Assembly: GCA_039588275.1 (NCBI GenBank)
Contig: JBDHAC010000068.1
Location: 1 to 41,896 of the forward strand
Direction: 5' to 3'
Origin: Gemmatimonadota bacterium
Lineage (GTDB): Bacteria > Gemmatimonadota > Gemmatimonadetes > Palauibacterales > Palauibacteraceae
DNA length: 41,896 nucleotides
How positions within the stretch are numbered: position 1 is the stretch's first letter; each line of letters opens with the position of its first letter. This document shows, piece by piece, positions 29,354-38,700 of this stretch. A program made the position numbers and the translations under genes. Below the pieces are notes generated by a model. That model worked only from the letters and a program-made list of their open reading frames with translations. It made no database searches and was not told the origin of the DNA.

Positions 29354-29458
29354 ACGCCTGAGCGGGTCTGCGAAGCCGCGCTGGAGCCGGGCGCCGCGAG
29401 CGGTGCAGACGGCGAGGCAGGGCATGGCACGCCATGACCGAGACACGGTCCGCCGTGC

Positions 29459-29487
29459 TTGAAACCAGGCGCCGGCGAGCCTAGGTT
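29459..29487 (+). promoter_or_regulatory. Candidate sigma70 promoter for the rpsF operon
   Basis: TTGAAA (29459-29464), 17 nt, TAGGTT (29482-29487). Confidence 0.55.
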
Positions 29488-29545
29488 CCGCGCCCCCGAC
29501 CGGGGTCCGACAAAAAGCTCGAAGCGGTACGACCGCGAGACACGA

Positions 29546-29589
29546 CTCCTGCTCCGGCCCACGCCGGAGCCGCACCGAGACCGAAGGAG
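29546..29589 (+). promoter_or_regulatory. S6:S18 ribosomal-protein leader (autogenous control RNA)
   Basis: CTCCT (29546-50) pairs with the SD AGGAG (29585-89); inner hairpin GCTCCGGC-CCAC-GCCGGAGC (29551-29570); CCG-containing linker; lies directly before rpsF. Confidence 0.8.
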
Positions 29590-29595
29590 CGTTCA

Positions 29596-30231
29596 ATGCG
29601 CGATTACGAGATCGTCTACATCTTTCGTTCCAGCTTCACGCCCGAAGAGATCGACGCGAAGCTAGAGCGCTACCACGCCCTGATCACGGGGGTGGACGGC
29701 GGCCAGATCACCGCCGTCGAGCAATGGGGCAAGCGCCAGCTCGCCTATCCGATCGACAAGGAGCCCAACGGTTTCTATGTCGTCGCCCAATTCGCCTCCG
29801 ATCCGAGTGCTCTCCCCGAGCTCGAGCGCATCCTCCGGCTCGACGACGACCTGCTCCGGTACCTGATCGTCCTTTCCGAAGGCGAGCTGCCGATCCCGCC
29901 GTCCGTACGCGAGGAGAGGGACGCGGCCGCACGGCGCGTGGCCGCGGAGGCGGCGCGTCGAAAGGAGACTGCGGCGACTGGAGAGGCCGAGGCTGCGGCC
30001 GAGCCCGAAGCGGCCGAATCCGAAACGGTCGAGGAACCCGAAGCCGATGCGCCGGACGTAGACGCCGAAGCGTCCGATCCGGAGCCGGAGGGCAGTCTGG
30101 AAGAGAGCACGGAGGCGGGGACGCCGGTGGCCGAGGCCGTCGCCGACGCCGACGCCGTCGCCGACGCAGAGCCTGAGACGGGTGAGACCGATGCGGAGGT
30201 GGCCGAGCCGGCCGCCGAGAAGGAGGACTAG
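29596..30231 (+). CDS. rpsF: 30S ribosomal protein S6 with a long acidic C-terminal extension
   Basis: [27 protein letters not shown]...LRYLIV. Confidence 0.96.
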   Translation: MRDYEIVYIFRSSFTPEEIDAKLERYHALITGVDGGQITAVEQWGKRQLAYPIDKEPNGFYVVAQFASDPSALPELERILRLDDDLLRYLIVLSEGELPIPPSVREERDAAARRVAAEAARRKETAATGEAEAAAEPEAAESETVEEPEADAPDVDAEASDPEPEGSLEESTEAGTPVAEAVADADAVADAEPETGETDAEVAEPAAEKED

Positions 30232-30233
30232 GG

Positions 30234-30452
30234 ATGGCGTTCAGAAAGGTCTGTCGGTTCTGCGAAGGCAAGATCGAGCAGGTTGATTACAAGGACGAAT
30301 ACACCCTCAGCCGGTATATTTCGGATCGCGGGAAGATCCTGCCCCGCCGTGCGACCGGCACGTGTGCGCGGCACCAGCGGCAGCTTGCCGAGGCGATCAA
30401 GCGGGCTCGATACCTCGCCTTGCTGCCCTACATCAAGGGCTACCACGGTTGA
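30234..30452 (+). CDS. rpsR: 30S ribosomal protein S18 (zinc-binding C+ type)
   Basis: [42 protein letters not shown]. Confidence 0.97.
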   Translation: MAFRKVCRFCEGKIEQVDYKDEYTLSRYISDRGKILPRRATGTCARHQRQLAEAIKRARYLALLPYIKGYHG

Positions 30453-30541
30453 ACCGTCGTCGAAGCGGTGAGGAGGCTCGCCGCCCGCTCGAACCCATCG
30501 GCGGCTCGCCCGGCCGGGACATGTAACCGAGCGGTCCGCCC

Positions 30542-31474
30542 GTGAGTGATCACCGCTGGACTCTGCTGCGCGCCATCGTGCTGTCCGTCGGGGTGGTGCT
30601 CCTGTCGCCGGTTAGCCCGCTCATCCTGGTCTGTGTACCGTTAGCGGTCCTGCTACTGGCGTACGAAGCGCGCAATCCCGTCGCGCTGGCGGTAGCGGTG
30701 GTCATCGTGGGGTTGGCATTCCGCGGTGCCGCGAATCCGACATCACCCGTCTGGTACTGGGAGCGCGCCTGGGCGTTGCTGGTCGCGGGTGGGTTCGTGC
30801 TCGCGGGACTGCTGTCCCGCCAGAGCTCGCTGGTCCGCCGTTCGGTGGTCGCCGTGGCGATCGCGTTCGCGGTCGTCGCGGTGGTCGGGGCGCTCCGCCC
30901 CGCGCTTCTCGCGGAGGTCGATTGGTGGATCGGCGCCCAGTTCGATCGCGCTGCGCTCGCGGTGTATCAGTGGTTCCAGCTCGGCGGTGATGCGGCGCTC
31001 ACGATCACCGATGCGATCCGGGGTGTGGCCGAGATTCAGACCCTGATCTATCCGGCGTTGCTCGGACTGGCTTCGCTCTGTGCGCTGGGGGTAGCCTGGT
31101 ACGTGGTGCGCCGGCTGGGGGGGGTGGAAGGTGCGCTGGGACCGTTCAGGGAGTTCAGGTTCAGCGACCAGCTCGCGTGGCTGCTCATCCTGGGCCTCGC
31201 GTTGTTCGTTCTCCCCGCCGGCCAGTTGGCGACCCGCCTGGGGGAAAACGTCGTCGCGTTCATGGGCGGGCTGTACCTGGTGCGCGGTACCGCCGTGCTG
31301 ATCTGGCTCGGCGCGGCGGTGGTGACGTCGGGCTGGTCGATCGCGCTCTGGGCGGTGGCGGCCATACTCCTGTACCCCGTGGCGCTCGGTGCCGCCCTGG
31401 TCATGGGCCTCAGCGACACGTGGCTGGACCTTCGAAACCGCTTGGGGGTCGATGGAGGCGAGTCGGAGCCGTAG
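30542..31474 (+). CDS. DUF2232/YybS-family membrane protein
   Basis: Polytopic membrane protein between rpsR and rplI; PFREFRFSDQLAW and C-terminal GLSDTWLDLR. Confidence 0.8.
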   Translation: MSDHRWTLLRAIVLSVGVVLLSPVSPLILVCVPLAVLLLAYEARNPVALAVAVVIVGLAFRGAANPTSPVWYWERAWALLVAGGFVLAGLLSRQSSLVRRSVVAVAIAFAVVAVVGALRPALLAEVDWWIGAQFDRAALAVYQWFQLGGDAALTITDAIRGVAEIQTLIYPALLGLASLCALGVAWYVVRRLGGVEGALGPFREFRFSDQLAWLLILGLALFVLPAGQLATRLGENVVAFMGGLYLVRGTAVLIWLGAAVVTSGWSIALWAVAAILLYPVALGAALVMGLSDTWLDLRNRLGVDGGESEP

Positions 31475-31547
31475 ATATCGGTAGGGAGGCACCGCGAGAC
31501 GGCGTTTCAGGGACGAACCCGAAGAGGATAACCGAGAGAGATCTCAG

Positions 31548-31997
31548 ATGGTGGAAGTCATACTCAAAACCGACATACGTGACCTTGGTCAAGCCGGGGA
31601 CCTCGTGCACGTCAAGCCAGGCTATGCCCGCAACTATCTCATCCCGCAGGGATACGCGTTCCTGGCGACGCCGGGTGCTCGCAAGCGGTACGAGGATGAG
31701 CAGCGTAGCCTGGCCCGCACGCAGGAACGGGCGAAATCAGACGCGGTGGAGCTGGCGACCGAGCTCGAAGGGCTCTCTCTCACGTTCACGGCGAAGGCCG
31801 GCGAGGAAGGACGCCTCTACGGTTCCGTGACCACGGCCGACATCGCCGAGGCGCTGGCGAAAGAAGGTCTCGACGTCGACAAACGGATCATCCACCTGGA
31901 GGAGCCCATCAAGGAGCTGGGCGTCTTCGCGGTGCCGATCCGGCTGCACGCGGAGGTAGAGCCGGAGGTCAAAGTCTGGGTGGTCGCAGAGGCGTGA
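31548..31997 (+). CDS. rplI: 50S ribosomal protein L9
   Basis: LGQAGDLVHVKPGYARNYLIPQG, GRLYGSVT, PIKELG. Confidence 0.97.
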   Translation: MVEVILKTDIRDLGQAGDLVHVKPGYARNYLIPQGYAFLATPGARKRYEDEQRSLARTQERAKSDAVELATELEGLSLTFTAKAGEEGRLYGSVTTADIAEALAKEGLDVDKRIIHLEEPIKELGVFAVPIRLHAEVEPEVKVWVVAEA

Positions 31998-32434
31998 GCC
32001 CCGACGGAGCGGCCCACACGAGCTCCGCGCGGGACGTCGGCCCGACGGGGGGGGAGCCGCACGGGGGACCTTGGGCGGGTCTCGGGTCCGAGGGAGGTCC
32101 CTCACCCGAGCTCGTTTGCGCAGCCGATGCGGCGCTCGAGAGAAACGCGCGCGCCGGAGTCGTGCTCGATCTTCGCGGAATCTCCGATGTCACCGACTTC
32201 TTTCTCATCGCGTCGGGAGACTCGGACACCCACACCCGGGCGATCAGCGACAACATCCTCGATCGAATGCGCGAGGCGGGCTTTCGTCCCGTCGGGGTCG
32301 AGGGACTCAGCGGTGGCCGGTGGGTCCTGATGGACTTCATCGGCTTGGTCATACATGTTTTCCTGGCACCGGTCCGGGAGTTCTATCAACTCGAACGCCT
32401 GTGGGGTGACGCCCCCATCGTGACCTTGGAGTGA
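31994..32434 (+). CDS. rsfS: Ribosome silencing factor RsfS (Iojap)
   Basis: VLDLRGISDVTDFFLIASG, EG...WVLMD, IHVF...REFYQLERLWGDA. GTGA overlap with rplI; exact start uncertain. Confidence 0.93.
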   Translation: MSPDGAAHTSSARDVGPTGGEPHGGPWAGLGSEGGPSPELVCAADAALERNARAGVVLDLRGISDVTDFFLIASGDSDTHTRAISDNILDRMREAGFRPVGVEGLSGGRWVLMDFIGLVIHVFLAPVREFYQLERLWGDAPIVTLE

Positions 32435-32532
32435 GGCCAAGCGACCTAGCCCTACCTCTGTCTTTCCGCTTTCTTGCGGCGTTTTTCCGACGTCGGCTAT
32501 GTTGGCTGTAACCAGTAGCCGGGCGGGCGGAC

Positions 32533-34151
32533 GTGGATGACGTGTCGAAATCAACTCAGCCAAGCCTGAGGGTCCGGCCCTGCCCCGGTCGGCCGGCTGG
32601 TACCGTCACCTCCTGTTTCACCGAGCCGCTTCTCCTCCGAGCCTTCATCCCCGTCGTCATGGTCTCCCTGGCCGCATGCGGGGGGTCCGAGCCCTCGGCC
32701 GCGTCGGATGAAGAGGACGTGGGCGGCGTAGCGCTCGTCGGGGGTGTCGCGCTGGAGCGACGCGGCCTGCTCGTGGTCCCCACCGAGGGCGGGACCGCCG
32801 AGCTGCGGGGGGTTCTCGATCCGAGCCAGGTCCTTTGGCGTGGTCAGCGCTCGCTTCCGGCCACGGTGGATGCCCGAGCGCTGGGGCCTCGGGTCGTCTT
32901 GCGCACGTCCGACTCGGTGTTCACGTACGATCTGGACCGCGACATCCTCCACAAGATCGGCGAGATCGAAGGGGAGCCGACCTGGACGGGATCCGAGGAA
33001 GCAGGTGTGTACTACACGCCGGAACGGATACTGGTAGTCACGGGTCGCGACGGGCGTCTCATCTCACCCGACGGCCGAGTCTTGTGGGCTTCCCCGGCCG
33101 CGGGTGGTCGCGTGGTCGCCCTCGTGGCGACTCCCTCGTCCACCCGGCTCGTTATCTGGGGCGAGGACGTCACCGAACCGGAGGCAGCTCAGACGGTGGA
33201 TGCCGCTGTTCCCGGCCTCGTGACCGCGTGGGGAGAAAGGCTGATCCTGTCGCGCCCGGGAGCGCGCGAGCTCGTTCAGTTCGACCTGCCGGAGCTGGAG
33301 CTCACGGAGAGCGTCCAGCTCGATGCGCCCCCCTCCACTCTCGCGGCCTCGCCCTCTTCACACCGGATCTACGCGGGGTTGGACGGCGAGGCGGCGCTGG
33401 TCTCCGTGGACCGATTCACGTGGCGCAAACGCGACCTGGGTCGGTTTCGGGCGCCCGTGGAGGAAGTCCGCCCGTCGACGACCGGCGATCATCTCCTGGC
33501 TTTCGATGGCTCCGCCGCGTGGTTGCTGACTCCGGAGTCGGACGACCCCGTGGCACTGAACCTCGAGTGGCGTTCGGATCTGCCGATCGGCCTCCCGGGG
33601 GGTGGGGTGTTGGGGGTTCGGAACGGCTCGCTGTGGATGTCGACGGAACCGGGTGTGCAGGCCGCCCCGCTCGACGGGCCGGCCGGTGCGTGGTGGCTCC
33701 CGGTCTCCTGGGTGCCCAGCCGCCAGCGCATGCAGCTGGCGAGCCAGTCAGACGATCCGGAGCCCGGACCCGAAACGCTCGTGGAGGAGGTGGACGAGGA
33801 CCCGGCTGACGATCCGGTGACGGCCGCTCAGGCGGATGCGGAAATGGGCCCGACCGGTGTTGCGGGCGGCGTGGAAATCGCGGCTTCTACGCGATCGCGG
33901 CCTCCTCGCAGCGGGCCGGTGGGGTCCACGATCTCAGCGAGGCGCTCGAGGGTGACGGCTATCCCACGCAGGTCGTACCCCGCCGGGACGAAGCGAACGA
34001 GATCTGGTATCGGTTGATGGTGGGCCCGTACACGACGCGCGCCGAGGCTGAAGACATCCTGCTTCAACTCCGCAGGGAGCGGGGTATCCAGGGCTGGGTC
34101 CGCGAGGTGGCGCAGGACGGTCTCGGACCGGGCGATGGAGACGATCCATGA
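32533..34151 (+). pseudogene. Lipoprotein (beta-rich, propeller-like) with a C-terminal SPOR domain, frameshifted near 33880
   Basis: Lipobox LAAC; beta-rich body; acidic linker. From 33882 the -1 frame reads GFYAIAASSQ...WYRLMVGPYTTRAEAEDILLQLRRERGIQGWV and ends at TGA 34149-34151, overlapping the next ATG. Probably one gene with an indel (real or artefactual). Start uncertain. Confidence 0.75.
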
Positions 34152-35698
34152 ACGGCGACAGCGGCGGGCGCGACCCCCGCATCATGGCGGACAACCTCCC
34201 TGATCGGGCGCTGATCGTCGCGCTGGTGTACGCCGAGGAGCATGGAGACGATAGTGCGGCGGCGGCTGACTCGCTGGCCATGGAGCTGGGTCGCCACCGA
34301 GAGCATACCCTGCTCACCAGCGCGGCCAGCGATCTTTCGCCACTCGATCTCCTGCTGGGCGGAGCCGAGGGTGAAGGGTTGCCGGGGGCTCTGGAAGGCC
34401 GAGCCCGACTCACCGACATCGCGATTCAACCCGTCGATCGCCCGTTCGTCTACCTTCCCGCCGGGCGGCGGCCCCAGCATATGGCCGGGCTGCTGAACGG
34501 TGACCTGTTCGCCAGCTTCGTCGAGCGCATTCGGGAGCGGGAGGGCACCCTGCTCCTGCTCCTTCCCGAGCTGCAGCTCGCGGACGCCCGCGTGCGCGAC
34601 CTGCTCGACGGGTACGTCGCGCTCGGTGATGCCGTCGCGGACGCCCCGCCCGACCTCCCGATGTGCGGTCGTCTGCAGGTCTCCGCGCACGAGGAGGCGA
34701 CGGCGAGCGCGGTCGAGGCACCGACGACCGACGATGAACCGGTAGATGTGGCGGAAGAGGAGCCGCAGGAACCGGCCGAGGAGCCGCAGGAACCGGCCGA
34801 CGCGCTGCGGGGGCCGGGCAGGAGCTTCGAGTTTGCCCCGGTGGCTGGGGAGGGCGAGGAGATCGACCGCGACGCCGTGCCGGAGGAGGATGTCGAGGGG
34901 TCGTCCAATGCAATCGTCGACGCTGACACCTCCGACTCTCGGACACCGAGTTGGCGCCGCCACCGGGCACAGACGGGATTCCCGGCCCGCCGCGTGGCGA
35001 TCGGTGCCGGGGCGATCGCGGTGCTCATCGTCGGCTGGTGGCTTATTGGAAACGCGATGCGCGGACCTGTGGGAGCGGAGGCCGAGCCGACCATGTCGGC
35101 GCCCGCGTCTTCGGGCGACGGGACGGAGGCGGTGGAGCCCGAGCCGGTGACACCCGCGCTCAGCGCAGCGGACGCGGAAGCGGCAGCCGGACTCGCACCC
35201 GAGCTCCCGTACTCCGTGCTCGTCGCCAGCTACGCGGCACGATCGGATGCGGAAGATCGCCTGGCTCGGCTACGCCGAGGCCCCGGCGGCCCGTACTTCG
35301 TCGTCCCCACCCTCATTCGCGGAGCGCTATACCACCGCGTTTTCGCCGGTGCCCAACCGGACGCGGAGAGCGCCCGGACGCTGATGACGGAGTTGGTGGA
35401 GAGCGGGCGCAAGGATGACGCGAGCGCGTGGCACATCCGACCCGCCCGCCTCGCTTACTTGTTGGGGGCGTACGGTACCCGGCCGGAGGCCAACGCGAGG
35501 CGGGAAACCGTCGTGGCGGCCGGTGTGCCCGCCTACACACTCTCCGCGGCCCTGGAGGGTGGGCTCGGACCCGATTCGGTCTTCCAGGTCTACGCCGGGG
35601 CATACGAAACACCCGTTGCCGCGCGGGCCCTCATCCCGCTCTTGGAAAGCGCCGGAGAGGATGCCGAGCTCGTCAGCCGGCGAGGACGGCGGCCCTGA
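34148..35698 (+). CDS. Bitopic membrane protein: degenerate MinD/CpsD-like N-domain, acidic linker, TM helix, two SPOR-like domains
   Basis: TM helix VAIGAGAIAVLIVGWWLIG; YSVLVASY...YHRVFAGA and YLLGAY...FQVYAGAYET SPOR-like repeats. Confidence 0.8.
   Translation: MNGDSGGRDPRIMADNLPDRALIVALVYAEEHGDDSAAAADSLAMELGRHREHTLLTSAASDLSPLDLLLGGAEGEGLPGALEGRARLTDIAIQPVDRPFVYLPAGRRPQHMAGLLNGDLFASFVERIREREGTLLLLLPELQLADARVRDLLDGYVALGDAVADAPPDLPMCGRLQVSAHEEATASAVEAPTTDDEPVDVAEEEPQEPAEEPQEPADALRGPGRSFEFAPVAGEGEEIDRDAVPEEDVEGSSNAIVDADTSDSRTPSWRRHRAQTGFPARRVAIGAGAIAVLIVGWWLIGNAMRGPVGAEAEPTMSAPASSGDGTEAVEPEPVTPALSAADAEAAAGLAPELPYSVLVASYAARSDAEDRLARLRRGPGGPYFVVPTLIRGALYHRVFAGAQPDAESARTLMTELVESGRKDDASAWHIRPARLAYLLGAYGTRPEANARRETVVAAGVPAYTLSAALEGGLGPDSVFQVYAGAYETPVAARALIPLLESAGEDAELVSRRGRRP
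34757..34798 (+). repeat. In-frame 21-bp perfect duplication (EEPQEPA x2) in the acidic linker
   Basis: gaggagccgcaggaaccggcc at 34757 and 34778. Confidence 0.9.
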
Positions 35699-35783
35699 GG
35701 CCCGCATTCGTCGTCCGAGCGAGCCAACGCATGACGGCCGTTTCATGCCGTCTTCTTACCTACCCTGAGCTAGCGAGACTTCG

Positions 35784-38700
35784 GTGAGGATCAAGTCCCT
35801 GTCGCTCCACGGCTTCAAGTCGTTCGCCGACCGGACGAAGCTCGAGTTCCACGAGGGCATCACGGCCGTCGTGGGCCCGAACGGATGCGGGAAGTCGAAC
35901 ATCTCCGACGCGCTCCGCTGGGTGCTCGGAGAACAGCGGCCCACCGTGATCCGTGGATCGCGGATGGACGAAGCGATCTTCGGTGGCACGGAACAGCGCC
36001 GACCGATCCACCGAGCCGAAGTCACCCTCGAGCTGGCCAACGAAGACGGGGCACTGCCCGTCCCGTACAGCGAGGTGCTCGTGGGGCGGACGGTTTACCG
36101 GGGGGGAGAAAGCGAGTACTCGCTCAATGCCTCGCCGTGTCGACTCCGCGACATTCAGGACCTGTGCCGCGATACCGGTCTGGGCGCCAACGCCTACGCC
36201 GTGATCGAAGGGCGCATGATCGACGCGATCCTGAGCGATCGCGCGGAAGAACGTCGCGCGCTGTTCGAAGAAGCCGCCGCCATCGGGCGGTACAAAGATC
36301 GCAGGCGCGTCGCGATGCGCCGCCTCGAGCAGGCTGAGGGGGACCTGCAGCGTCTCGAGGACGTGCTCGTCGAAGTGCAATCGAAAGTGCGCTCGCTGGC
36401 ACAGCAGCGTGGGCGGGCGCAGCGTCAGGTGAAGCTCCGTGAGCGCCTGCTGCAATTGGAGGTGGCGGTGGCCGACGCGCGGCTGCGGGAGACGGCCGAG
36501 CGTCTCGCCGAGGCCGAGCGCGAGCTGGAACGATTGCAGCACACGCAGCCCTCCGAGCAGGCCGAGCTCCAGACCGCCGAGACCGAGGCGGAAACGCTGC
36601 GCATCGAACAGGCGGAGGCCGAACGAGCGCGAGCTCGACTCGCCCGCCGGCTGGACGAGATCCGGCGCACGCTCGAGCAGCGTGAGCGCGAGCGGCTGAT
36701 CGCCCAGGAGCGGGGAGCGGCAGCCCGCGCGCGGTTGGAGGGTCTGGCGCAGGAGTCCGGAGACGTGGAGCGGCGCGTCGAGGCGCTCGGCGCTTCGGTA
36801 ACCGATGTCCGCGCGGAAGTCGACCGATCCCGCGATGCTCACGCCCGACGCGTCGCCGAGGAGACGGCGCTCGTTTCCGCCGTCGAGGCGCTCGAGGCGA
36901 ACCGCGATGAGGCCCGCCACGACGCCGATCGCGCTCGCGAGGCGCTCGAGGCGGTGCGTAGGGAGCACGATCGTTTCGATTCGGAGTTCCAAACCGCGGC
37001 GGATCGCGCCGAGGAGCACGCGGCGGAGTTGAACCGGCGGAGGGTCGCGCTCCAGGAGCTCGAGGGAGAGGAGAGCGACCTGGAGGCAACGATCGCCGCC
37101 GCCGCCGAGAGGGGACGCGAGTCGGCGGTGCTCGCCGAAAAGCTGAGACAGGAGGAAGCGGAAGCGCAGGATGCGCTGGAAGCGGCACATGCCCGGGCCC
37201 TCACGCTGCGCGATCGCGTGGCGAAGCTGGAGGGAGATCTTTCCGCGGCGCGCGCGCGCGCGTCGAGCCTCTCGTCACTCCTGGCCTCCGGGGCCCACCT
37301 GCCTTCGGTCGTGTCCGACCTGATGTCGGATCCGGGACAGGTGCAGGGCGTCGTGACCGTTCTGTCCGAATGCATCGAGGCTCCGACCGAGGTCGCCCGT
37401 GCGGTGGAGTCACACCTCGGTCCCTACCTGCACGGGGTGATCGTGAAGGACTGGGCGGCGGTGCAGCGCGTGAAGGCTTGGCTGGACCGAAAGAGCGCGG
37501 GAGAGGGCGTCCTTCTGTTGCCGCTGGATCCCGGCCCGAGCGAAACCTCCACGAACGGCGGCTCCGACTCTCCTCTGCTCGATGCGATCGAAATCCGAGG
37601 AGCGGGAGAGCCCTGGGTGCGCGCGCTCCTCAGCGGCGTGGCATTGCGGGCCGACCAGGGTCTCGCCCCTTCTTCGACGCCGTGGGTAGGGCACGGTGGC
37701 CATCGACAGGACCGGTGGGGCGCCGTCTACCTCGGACATCCGGGCGACGGAGACGGCGTGTTGAGCGTGCGCGCCGACCTGCAAACGCAGGGGGAAGCGG
37801 CGGAGCGCGCCGAGAGCGAGCTCGCGCAGGCCAGAGAGGAGGCGACCGCGGCCGAACACGCCATCGCTGAGTGCCGGGCGGCTCTCGAGGCCCGTGAGAC
37901 CGAGCGACGAACCGCGGAGCTGTCGGGGCGTGAACACGAGGCGGAGCGCACGGCGACAGAGGCACGACTGGCGCGAATCCGGGAAGAGGCGGCAGATGTC
38001 TCCGGGCGGATCGACCAGCTGGACGCGCTGCGCTCGACAGCCGCAGAGCTCGCCGGCGCGGGTGACGATCGCCGCGGCGCGCTCCTTCAACGACTGGAGG
38101 AGGCGGAGGCGACCTTCGCGGACTCGAATGCGCGGGTCCTGTCCGCCCGAGATTCAGCGCAGGATAAGCGCACGGCCCTCCACGAGTTGCAGCTGGAGCT
38201 CGCGCGGGCGGGCGCGGACCTGGAGGCGCGAGAGGAGGCGTTACGCAGACTCGTGGAGGCGGACGAGGAATTGCGTGGGCGCGCGGCCTCGCTCGAAGAG
38301 GAGCGCACGGCGCAGAAAGAGACCGCCGCCAAGTGCGACCAGATCGTCACGGACGCGGAAGAGGAGATCACGAGATGCCTGGAGGAGAGGGGGGACTGGG
38401 ACCGCAAGCTGGGCGAGGCCGAGACGCAGATCGCGGAGCGGAGACAGATGCTCGACCGGCGCGAAGCCGGCCTGCGTGAAGCGCGCAGGGCCGAGCGCGA
38501 GCACACCGACCGGCGACACTCTCTGGAGCTGGAGGTGACCGAGCTCCGCGCCGCCCGCTCGAGCGTACACGAACGGCTCGAGGCGGAGTGGGACACCCCG
38601 CTGGACGAGCTGCGCGAGCGCGTAGAGCCGCTCGAAGACGGTGACCTGGCGACGTGGGACGAAGAGCTGGAGGCGATTCGCAGGTCCCTCGCTCGCCTGG

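Noticed and set aside
32614..32629. TGTTTCAC as a parS half-site near smc
   Set aside because: The second half of the palindrome (GTGAAACA) is absent, and it lies within a CDS.
33865..33890. Programmed -1 ribosomal frameshift signals here and at ~16830
   Set aside because: There is no in-frame X XXY YYZ heptamer at either site. Indel or deletion explanations are simpler.
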